Below are positions 37,592 to 48,599 of a DNA stretch of 64,000 nucleotides, piece after piece. Positions within the stretch are counted from its first letter, which is position 1. Every line of letters begins with the position of its first letter. The stretch comes from Chiloscyllium plagiosum (lineage: Eukaryota). The stretch covers positions 76,153,817 to 76,217,816 of the forward strand of contig NC_057711.1 in the NCBI RefSeq assembly GCF_004010195.1. Reading direction: 5' to 3'. The position numbers and the translations under genes are program-made. The notes below the pieces were generated by a model. It saw only the letters and a list, made by a program, of their open reading frames with translations. It did no database searches and was not told where the DNA came from.

Positions 37592-39117
37592 CTGAATGTA
37601 CTCTTTATAATATTTATTATTTGAGAAATTTGTTTGCCTTTCTCATTCCTGTGATGCTTCACTCAAGACGATTTTCAGATGCACTGACATGGGATAACTA
37701 CTGTAAAGTCAGGTTAAGAGGTTCCACTTTAGTTAATGTGCTGTATGAAGTTCAACTCATGGCATTGCTTTAACAGATGGCTTTCAGTTTGTACATTTCT
37801 TGTAAAATTCAACATGTTACTATTTTCAGTACAATATACTGAACACTATAAAATATATTTTAAATGGCTAAACCCCAATAGTTCTACAGAATTAGTAAGA
37901 AAGTAGATGGATACATTGCCAGATTGCAATCTCTCATCACTATAGTGAATTACTCAAACTGAAATAATTCAGATTTTTATTTAAGTGAAAGTAAATTATT
38001 TGTATAAGAGTCATAGTTAATCACGATCATATTATTGTTATGTCACTGTACCGTTTTTTTGTACCGAACTGTCAAATGTAAATAGAGTATAAATTACTTG
38101 ATAAGTTATTATCTTTGTTATTATGGCACAAAAGGACATTGTTACAACTGCGAGATTTAAAAAATGATCTGATTTGGACAGTGTCTTTAATTTGAGGTAA
38201 AAATAAAGAACTCATGTGACTTAATCTGAGGTTGCCAGCATGTCTGATGGTTTAATTGTTAAAGATTGCAAAGAAAACGAAGAACATTTTCCTGTTAAGA
38301 AAATGCAAGATTTTACACTTGCAGGCAATAGCAAAAGTAGTTGTGATATTAGTGAATAGATGTGGGTCTCCAAATCACAGGCAATTGTTAAAAATTTTAG
38401 CTAGTAAATGTAAAGGCTATATTTTGAATTTTCCATTTAATTCCAGGATTGGATAGAGTTGGGGTGTCAGGGATAACTAATTAGCATCTCAACCAGGAGA
38501 CAGGGCTCATATGATTCTTGTTACCATGGTAATGAGCTTTGAGATTAGAAGGTACAAAGGAGGTCATTGTGATATTGAGTTACAGGCTTTCTTAAAATAT
38601 CACAGACAGGTTAGTCTGCCAGGTTGTGTGAGGAGAGCAGCTAAAGACTGAAAGTCTCTCTGGTTCATCATGGTGGTATGCTGGCAGAAGCTCCTGCTCA
38701 AATTGAAAACAACACAGATTCATGGGGAGTTAATGCAAGGTTGGAAGATTTGAAGAAGGTAGAATCTTCAGTCATGCTCATACTGTGAGGGACAGTTCAA
38801 AGGTTAGAAGTCACCAGCTAGGAAAGGAAAAGAACAGAACACAAGTAAATCACCTGGAATGGATTCTTGCTCAGTTGGGTCAACCTACAACACATGGATC
38901 ATCAAAGTTCTAGAAGGCAGCACACCACCTTCTCAGAGGCAACTATTGATGGGCAATAAATGCTGGTCGGCCAGCCAGTGACACCCATGCCCCACAAGTG
39001 AATGAATTTAAATGGCTACTTAAAGGCAATGTAACAAATACCTGCTAGCAGTAACATAAAGTACTGCAGATGCTGGAGGTCTGAAGCAAATACAGAATGC
39101 TGGAGAAACTCAGCAGG

Positions 39118-39800
39118 TAGATAATAGACAATAGGTGCAGAAGTAGGCCATTCTGCCCTTCGAGCCAGCACCACTATTCATTATGATCGTGGCTGATCAT
39201 CCTCAATCAGTATCCTGTTCCTGCCTTATCCCCATAACCCTTTATTCCACTATCCTTAAGAGCTCTATCCAACTCTTTCTTGAAATTATCCAGAGACCTG
39301 GCCTACACAGCCTTTTGGGGCAGAGCATTCCACACACCCACCATTCTCTAGGTGAAGAAGTTTCTCCTCAACTCTGTTCTAAGTGGCCTACCCTTTATTT
39401 TTAAACTGTGTCCTCTGGTTCGGGACTCACCAATCAGCGAAAACAGCTTCCTGCCTCCAGAGTGTCCAATCCTTTAATAATCTTATACGTCTCAATCAGA
39501 TCCCCTCTCAGCCTTCTAAACTCAAGCGTATACAAGCCCAGTCACTCCAATCTTTCAGCATAAGATAGTCCTGCCATTCGGGGAATTGACCTCGTGAACC
39601 TACGCTACACTCCTTCAATAGCCAGAATGTCTTTCCTCAAATTTGGAGACCAGAACTGCACACAATATTCCAGGTGCAGTCTCACCAGGGCCCTGTACAG
39701 CTGCAGAAGGACCTCATTGCTTCTATACTCAATTCCTCTTGTTATGAAGGCCAGCATGCTATTAGCTTTCTTCACTGCCTGCTGTACCTGCATGCTTGCT
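39118..39800 (-). mobile_element. CR1 3' fragment inserted into a Penelope terminus remnant (39055-39117 + 39801-39950)
   Basis: ORF 39605-39793 QAVKKANSMLAFITRGIEYRS...EYCVQFWSP; the flanks rejoin as ...gagaaactcagcaggt|ctggcagtatctgtgg. Confidence 0.85.
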
Positions 39801-40709
39801 TTCTGGCAGTATCTGTGGTGAGAAAAATAGAGTTACTATTTCTGAAGAATCATCATGTTGGACTCAAAACGTTAACTCTCTTTTTCTCTCTCTCCACAAC
39901 TGCTGCTAGACCTTCTGAATTTCTCCAACATTCTCTGTTTGTTTCAAATACCTGATAGATTTTTTCAGTGCTGTTAAAATACTTTTTTGTGGTATAATAT
40001 GTAAAATTAGTGTTTAGTCAATGGTGTTTTTAGCTTGTTATAGTAAACATACGTCAGCTGTTCAACTAGGACGTTCAAATTTCTTTTTTAAAAATGTAAA
40101 AATCTCTGAGGATTAAAGCAATATTGTAATACTGACTGCAATTTTCAGATTCACCAAAAGGCTCACTCTGGATAATTAGATTTCACCTGATGTTAGATTT
40201 ATCAGTTAGCTTTACTACAAATACAATATATTTCTTTTAAAACATATGAACTTCTTGATTTATTCCAGCCTCGTAGCTCATTCTGAAGGATCAATCATAT
40301 GTTTTCTCTCCTTCTTTTCTTCCAAGGCTTTAAAAGGCCTTTTGAAAAACACATAGCTTTGAAAGAAAATTGTGTTATTTGCTATTTGATTCTTTTTAAA
40401 TCCACAGTAATAATTATTTTACATTAATTCAACTTGTTTGTGCTAATTTAGTTGCTTACTGCATTGTAAGGACTGTAGAAAGATTTGTTACAAGCATAAG
40501 GTGCTGGAGAAACTCAGGTCTGGCAGTATCTATGGAGTGAAAGCAGCGTTAAAGCTTTGAGTCCAGTGACTGTCCTTCAATATCTTGATGGGAACAAATA
40601 GTAAGGAGTCTCCTTGAACGTTTAAAAGTCGAACTTCAAAACTTCACTCTAATATGATAGGATATGATTTAAGGTATGGGCTCAAATCATGTCCAGGTCA
40701 GCTTCTTAA

Positions 40710-41716
40710 ATATGTTATTGAAAAACATGCTACCACGTGCCTGATTTGCTCACAAACAGGATGACTTCAGGAAGCTTGTTTCCACTTGAGGTTTAATGCA
40801 TTTTTCTGGCGTTGGAACAGATGCCATTTGCACTTACTGCAAACATTAAAAGATCAGAGTAGAATAATCTTACCTTTTAAACCAGCATGACCCTGGATGT
40901 AGGCAACATGTTTCTGCTGCTTCCCGATATTGATAATCTTGTGTTTTATTTGGCTAGACGTAATTCCTGAAAGACTACTTTCTACTTTCTACTTTCTGGA
41001 AAAGGTCTGCCACACACTTTTTAAGTTCTCAATGCCTGTAGAAAGTGGAAGAATCAGGCACCATTCAATAGGTATAACCCTAATTTGCATATTTGAATAA
41101 CTTCCAACCTCTTTCACCAAGGAATGCTGAAAGGTTTCCCTGAAAGGTGATTGACGCAGCCAAGGTTCTCTCTGGGTTTTCAATTTGCCATTCATTTTCG
41201 TTGAAGGAGATAGGCAATTAAAGTCTCCATCTGAATTTATATAGAACGGAAAAATAACTGGTCATTAAACACCTAGGTATAGTAGCACAGACCTTTGATC
41301 AGAGTAAAAAGAATGAAAACAAGGGAGATGCAATTCATTCTCGCTGATGGAGGGTCATTTCAACATCAGAACTTGGAAGCAAAAGCTACTGAACTGACTT
41401 TACAGTTTTTTTCTATCTCCAACAATAATCTATTTTCTCTATTTAATTGTCTGTGTGTGTGAGGCAAGTTTATAAGGGGATTAGAGTTTTAGCTAGTAGT
41501 GTTATATGCCAGTGGTTTATATCTGTTTACTTGTAGCTATAGTCTAATTACTTGTGATAAATAATAATTCTTTGCTCGCACAGAAATCTGGTTCATGCTT
41601 TTTATCAACCTTGGTCTGAAACTCATAAATTGAGATAATGTGTGTACTTTAAAACTTGGTACCACTCTGAGTATAATGGAACTTGATTTACGGTGTGCTC
41701 TTGTGGGTTGTTACTT
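40710..41716 (+). mobile_element. Probable degenerate solo LTR
   Basis: LTR-like composition (aagctactgaactga, gggattagagtttt, ataaat, cagaaatctggttc); termini and TSD not clearly preserved. Confidence 0.35.
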
Positions 41717-42083
41717 AGCTTTAATACATTTGTGGGTTAGGGATTGAGAGATTCCACATTGTTGCTGGAAGCAGCCAGTTGTATAAGCCACTCATTCCTT
41801 CATGTCACAGCTTCTACCTGCAGCACATGGACTGTAGCAATTCAAGAAGGCAGCTCAAGGACAAGTAGGGAGGGGCAATACATGCTGGACAGCCAGTGAT
41901 GTACACATTCCACTGGTGAATTAAGAAAAGCTCCAGTGGCTGGGATGGTTCTGTGTGTCCCATGACATCCTCAGTTTGTGGTGACATTGTGCCTCACTCA
42001 CTTGGAAGTAAAAGCATCAAGGAAATAGATTCTCGGCCTCCTAATCCATACTGAGGAGAACTTCAGCTTTGACCTCCTCATAA

Positions 42084-42136
42084 GGAGGCTGCTCGGCATC
42101 CAGTGGAGGCTGCTCGGTATCCAGTGGAGGCTGCTG
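42084..42136 (+). repeat. 21-bp tandem repeat, ~2.5 copies
   Basis: ggaggctgctcggyatccagt units. Confidence 0.85.
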
Positions 42137-43794
42137 CCGGTCCTGTGCCTGTTGGTTCATCTGTTCCTGCTGGATTTTTTTCTGTTACTTTATTGCACAC
42201 AGCAAATACAGAGATAACCACTGCTGTTGGTCACATTTCCAATGAACCTGTTTTGTGTGTGTGGGTGGGGGGTGGGGGAATTTAAGAAACAAAGTTCCTT
42301 AGCAATGTGAACTGTCAGCATTCATATCACTCACAAATGACATTTTACTTTATGCTTGCATTGGGACAAGTAGAGCTATTGAATGCCTCTACATGGCATT
42401 TTGAAATAGGGAGCGTACACCAATGAATGCAGCAAGATATGCTCCAATGACACAGTAGGAGATGACAAATGCTATTTGAGTACTGACACCTTGTCCTCCC
42501 ACTGCCACATCATTCAACAGAGGCAAGATTGAATATTGAAGTAATATTTGCAGTTCAAGGTGAAAGGAAATCAACTCGCTGCCCTTGTGCAGCCTAAGAG
42601 GCCTTGGGTTGTTTTTGTGAACTGTGGCCTTCAGTGACACTTTTAAGGTTGTCTGTGATTACCCAGCTTCACAGATATGACTATGAACAATCTAATGATC
42701 AGTGACATGCTTAAGATTGCTGAAGATTAGCATTTATCACCCCACACTGTTGGACACTGCATGCATTTCACAGGCAGGATTTTATGCATCAATTTAGCAA
42801 TCAATGTTGATTGTGTTGGTGGGGTGTCCAGAAATTTTTCAAACAATCTTTTAGTTAAAAGAAAATGACAGTAAACAATAAATCAGCATTAAAATGTATT
42901 TATATTGAGATTATAATCCAAAAAAAAATAGTAGACAAATACATTGTAGTATAAGTGTTATTTTGGAATGCATACAATGAAATGTCTACTAAGAGAGCTA
43001 CTTGCTCAGTCAAACCCTTTTTAGGTCCAAGAATGATATATTCTCTTACTATGTCCCTCATCAGAGAGTAATTTGATAATTACATGAACTAATCCATAAA
43101 ATTCTACTACTCGGAGGAGATTGAGACTCTCCACAGAGAGATGGTAAAGTCATTCCCCGATTTTCCTTTAATGAAGAATTCAAAACATTGCATGGAATTT
43201 TGCAAACCTGTACAAAGCTTTAGATGGACAGGTGCGGAAACTTAATTGAGCTGAAGGAAAATATTTTGCTTCCTGCTGACAGATATGGGCTGATTGTGAT
43301 CCTTTCTCTATGATAAGTTATTCGACTTTAGACAAACTGCCTGGAAAGGAATACAATTGGGCTAGGATGTAAACCACCCGGGATTCCACTGGAATGCTTT
43401 AAAGATTAATCTCCTGGAATTGGCTGCAAGGTCCTCAAGAGAATAATCACATACTAAAAACCATGTTTTAAAAATTTTGAAAACATTTGCTTATTTGTTA
43501 TGAACCTATCTGACCTGTGCTGAGAAGTTTTATTGAGTAGTTGTTGGTTTTGTGTAATTGACTCTTGAATTTAGCCAAAAGTCATTCATTTTCATATACT
43601 CCCAATATAATTGACTCCTGACTTTTGTCCAAAAGTCCAATCTCTACGTACTTGCCATGAGCTCATCACTCCTACCCATTTGTAATAGCATAGAATAACA
43701 CACCATTGACGTAAATATTCAGCTGTATTTATTTGACCCTAACTGGTGTGCACCCAGCCCATCAACTAATCTGGCAACATGTTTCCAGAAGGAA

Positions 43795-44900
43795 CAACAG
43801 ATATAAAGTCCAGTTCTACCTTAAAGTTGTTGAGATTGCAGAGCAAACAAATAATTATACAACAGCTAGGGTATTCAGATTATCTGAGATGAATGATTGA
43901 GATTGGAGAAACTTTCTGCACTGATTAAGCAGAAAGCTAAGAGTAAATGTGCAAATGGAGGGATGCCTAGCAAGAGGCTACGGCAGAAAATGAAGTTGTA
44001 ATATATGTCAATGAAACTCACCAGAATGGACTCTCAGTTTCTCACAAATCTATCTGAATCTTTGCCTTGAAACAAGTAAGAAAATTAAGCATAATATATT
44101 TTAAAGATACTAGATGAAAGCGAATGGTGTATCAAATGTATGGAGAGAAACAATACTTTTATTTCAACAGAAGACCTCGATTTCACAGCATCTCCCAGCA
44201 GGACATAATGACAAGGTTTTCGCATTTCATGGGCTTATAATCAAACATCAACAAAAAAGGTTCTAGATTGGCCTACAATAGGAATGTGGATGAGTGAAAA
44301 GACGATCAACACTTGATAGAAAATATATTGGGGAACACAACTGTTCATGAAAAATCTAGATTCACTGTTATCTTGTCATGTATATCTGATGGAACAAAGT
44401 TTTAGTCAATGGTAAAATTTAAGAGAAAACAAAACCTCCCAACACAAAACTTTCCAATAGGAATAGCTGCCCACATTAATGAAAAGGATAAATGGATGAC
44501 GATTGTTTTAAAATGTGGCTGATGAAGTAGTGGAGTTTCCAACCAGGCAGATTTCAGGGAGAAAAGAATCTTCTCACCTGGGTGATCCTTTTCAGGATTT
44601 TTCTGAAATTACTTGCAAACAGTGAAATTAGATTGATTCCCAATGTTTTGACGGGGTCTTACTCAATCATTGGATATCTCTCTAAACAGATATTCCACGC
44701 ATAGAATAACAAAAAAAAAATTGCACTACTGGATGATCAGAGGTGGGAAGGTATTCTCCAAGGGAAGTGTCAACATTAATTACCCAATATGTAAAGGCCT
44801 GGGTTGAAAACAGAATTGAGATTGTCATCAAGTCATTCAAGAAATATGGGATATCCAACACACTAAAAGACACCCAGAATACGATTATTTGTGCAACAAC
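43795..44900 (+). pseudogene. Decayed pogo/Tigger (POGK-like) transposase
   Basis: QFYLKVVEIAEQTNNYTTARVFRLSEMND*DWR (Brinker-type DNA-binding domain); EKSRFTVILSCISDGTK and HINEK (DDE_1); LTQSLDISLN (QPLD motif); many stops. Confidence 0.8.
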
Positions 44901-45134
44901 ATGGCTTCTGATCAAGATGACTTTGATGTTTCATAAGATGCCGCTATTCAAGAAGCAAATTGAGATGCATTACTTGGCCTTGAAAATGAAGAGGAAGGTG
45001 ATATTTTTATGCATTTTTATTCATGTTCAGTTCATTGCCTGCTCCTAAGTAGTATTCTTTTTCTATATTGTGGAAACCTGGTTAATTTGTATTTATGACT
45101 TTTGCTTTTGTCTAAGATAAGGAGTTTGATGGAG

Positions 45135-45478
45135 TCTGACGGTGACTCAGTGGTTAGTACTATTCCCTCATAGCAATTCCAGCCTTGGGTGTCTGTCTGT
45201 ATGTGTTTGTATGTTCCCCCTGTGTCTGTGTAGGCTTCCTCTGGGTGACCCAGGTTCCTTCCACAGTCCAAAGATATGTAGTTTAGGCAGATTGGCCATA
45301 CTAAATAGTCCTATATTGTCCAGGGTCGTGCAGGTTAAGTGGGTTAGCCATGGGAATTGTAGGGTTATGGGGATGCTGGGTGGGAGGGGTGGTGAGGTTA
45401 GAATGCTCTTCAAAGGGTTGGTGCAGACTTGTTGAACCAAACTGCCTCAATCCACAATGTAGGGATTTTATGATTCTC
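45135..45478 (+). mobile_element. HE1-type V-SINE, diverged
   Basis: cagtggttagtact head, ttccttccacagtccaaagatatg core, tatgattct tail. Confidence 0.8.
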
Positions 45479-45495
45479 ATGTACATAACTTGATG

Positions 45496-46955
45496 CGAAA
45501 GGTGAGGACTACAGATGCGGGAGATCAGAGACAAAAAGTGTGGTGTTGGAAAAGCACAGCCAGTCAGGCAGCATCCGAAGAGCAGGAGACTTGATGTTTC
45601 GAGCATAAGCTCTTCATCAGGAATGTGGAGGAGACTCAATGGGGCTGAAAGACAAATAGGAGGGGGATGGGGCTGAGGGAATGGTAGCTGGGAATGTGAT
45701 AGGTAGATGAAGGTGGGGGTGATAGGTCGGAATGGAGGGTGAAACAGATAGTTGGAAAGAAGATGGATAGGTAGGACAGCTCAAGAGGGCGGTGCCGAGT
45801 TGGAGGGTAGGATCTGGGATAAGGTGTGGGGAGGGGAGATGAGGAAACCAATGAAACCAACATTGATTGTGTGTGGTTGGTGGATCCCAAGGCAGAACGT
45901 GAGGTATTCTTCCTTCATGCGTTGGGTGGCTAGAATCTGTTGGTGGAGGAGACCCAGGATTTGTATGTTTTTGGCAGAGTGGAAGAGGGCATTGAAATGT
46001 TCGGCCACAGAATGGTGGGGTTGTTTAGTGCATGTGTCCCGGAGATGTTCTCTGAAATGTTTTGCAAGTTGACGTCCTGTTTCCACAGTGTAGAGAAGAC
46101 TACATTGGGTGCGACCGACACAACGGATGGTGTGTTTGAATGTGCAGGCAAATCTCTGCTGGATGTGGAATGATACTTTGGGGCCTTGGATGGAGGTGAG
46201 GGGGGAGGTGTGGGTGCAGGTTTTATACCTCTTGTGGTGGCAAAGGAAGATGCCGTGAGTGGAGAGTGGGTTAGTGGGGGGCATGGACCTAACAAGGGAG
46301 TCACAGAGGGAATGGTCTCTGTGGACCATAGATAGGGGTGGGGAGGGAAATATATACCTGGTGGTAGGGTCTGTTTGTGGGTGGCAGAAATGGCGGAGGA
46401 TGATGTGTCGTATCCGGAGATTGGTGAGGTGGAAGGTGAGGATCGGAGGATTCTGTCCTTGTTACGATTGGAGGGGTGGGGTACAAGAGCGGAGGTGAGG
46501 GAAGTGGAAGAGAGGGAGTAGATGCAGCGAAGGCAGAGGGGTTGGGAGCAAGAGATAGCGTTTTTACAGGCGGTGGGGTGGGAGGAGGTGTAGTCCAAGT
46601 AGCTGTGGGAGTCGGTTGGTTTGAAGTAGATGTCCATGTTGAGTTGAGCGCCGGAAATGGAGATGGAAAGGTCCAGGAAGGGGACCTCTTGAACTGTCCT
46701 ACCAGTCCATCTTCTTCCCCACTTATCTGCTCTACCCTCCGCTCCGACCTATCATCATCACCTCCCCACCTTCATTTACCCATTGCAATCCCAGCTACCT
46801 TTACCCCCAGCCAAACCCCCCTCCCCTTTATCTCTCAGGTCTCTTGGGCCTACCCCACATTCCTGATGAAGAGCTTATGTTTGAAACATCAACTCTCCTG
46901 CTCCTCGGATGCTGTCTGACTGGCTGTGCTTTTTCAGCACCACACTTTTTGAATC
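45496..46955 (-). mobile_element. 5'-truncated Penelope-like element (RT C-terminus + GIY-YIG) with inverted terminal copies
   Basis: ORF 45930-46637 starts DIYFKPTDSHSYLDYTSSHP; ORF 45781-46329 has GIY-YIG motifs (TSIQGPK.SFHI.QRF.C, LLY.VET.RQL..HFREHL); 16-bp TSD tgtrcataacttgatg at 45480-45495 and 46956-46971. Confidence 0.92.
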
Positions 46956-47399
46956 TGTGCATAACTTGATGTCTGTCTCCCTTGAAGTTCTTACTTATGC
47001 ATAAATAAAAATTAAATAATAAAATACATTCTGATTCCTCTTGCACTACTTTTAAGGGTTTATAGGAAAAGTTTCCAAACTGACAGCTCTGCATATCGAA
47101 ATGATGGGACAGGGTGAGTTTCAACTCTTTGTAAATATTACTTGTGTAAACAAATGCCAGACAGATGTTGATCTGGGACAGAGTATTAATTACTGCCTAG
47201 ATAAAAAAAAAGTTTGACCTAATTATTTAACTACTTGCCTCTGTGCGAAAACTAAACTGACCACCATAGACATACATGATTTGTTGTATGTGGATACACA
47301 CTGGAGCAGAATGGCAAGCCACTCTCAATTTCTTCAATTCTGCATACAAGAGATTTGACATGCCAGTCCTCGATTGTTACCAAAACAAAATTCATATAT

Positions 47400-48030
47400 T
47401 AACCAAGCCTTATTTAATCAAATATTCCATCTCCCTTGCATGCTGAAGGGCAAACCCTGGAAAATGTTGAGCATTTCCCTGCTTTGAAGACTATCTCTTT
47501 CAAAAGGCTACCATTGAACAAAGAAATCCAACGCTGAATCAGCTGAACAAGCTTAATCTTCTACAACATGTTTGACAACAATGACTTCTGAAAGTCAACA
47601 AAGTGTATAAAATAGTTGTTACCACTACACTCCTATTCAACAATGACACCTTGACCATATATCAGCAATACATAAGAGCACTGGAGAAAACCCAGCTGTG
47701 ATGCTTCTGCCACATTCTCTAGATTCAATGGCAGGACCATTTGCTAGTATCCTTCATGAAGTGAACTCTACAAGAAAACTCCTGCAAAACCAACTCCAAT
47801 GGATTGGCTGGCTAAACATGCCACTATTGGCTAGTCCTGTTTCTCAACTTTCAAATAGCGAATGTTCTGGGAGAGGGAAAAGGAACTACTACAAAGACAC
47901 TCTTAAGCTTGGCAATAATAAATGGGAGGAGCTTGCTACTAATTGTTCAAAATGAAAACAAGTTGTCCATAAGGCTGCATTACACTTTGAGTCTAAATAC
48001 CAGTAATTAGCCAAAATGATGCTGGAGAAG
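47400..48030 (+). mobile_element. Decayed RTE-clade LINE 3' part
   Basis: LENVEHFP, KEIQR, TTLLF, ALEK...HIL.IQWQD and GKRNYYKDTLK motifs across broken frames. Confidence 0.7.
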
Positions 48031-48599
48031 GAGAAAAACGAAAGCAAATCTTGCAGACTAGATCACATCACCTCATGGACTGTCCTGCTAATTCACATGA
48101 AGTCCCACAGCAGAAACCTGCAAATCCGAATAGACTTCAGCCTTGAATCAACATGGTACTTAACTCTCATGAATCAATCAATCTTTTAAGGAAGAGTAGA
48201 TTCACTTTCAAATTTGCTTGAGAAGACAAAGTACTGCAAAGAAGGGCAATGAGTGGCAGATGTGGATATTGGGGTGAGGAGGTTGAAGACAGGTTCAGAT
48301 GATGACACCTTGAGGAACATGTTCAATCAGTAAGTTGGCCACCTTAAATTGGGCACAAGGTCCCAGGATAAGAATGAAAAATAGTCAATGAGAATTTAAC
48401 TGAGGTGTGAAACCTGCTTATATTGTCACAAGATAGAAAAGACCTGAAGTACAACTCCTGACAGTTCAATAATGGTCAGTGCTATTGGCTCTGAATCTCT
48501 TGGGGCTCTCCTTATCATCTGATCATCTAACTTTGGTGGGGTGGGAGGGGGAATAGCTGGAGAAAGGGCAAAAAAAATCTTGGATGTCAGCAACTCATC

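Noticed and set aside
9562..39029. Exact 17-mer tggctacttaaaggcaa at 9562 and 39013
   Set aside because: One 17-bp match in 64 kb of AT-rich DNA can arise by chance, and the flanks do not extend the match.
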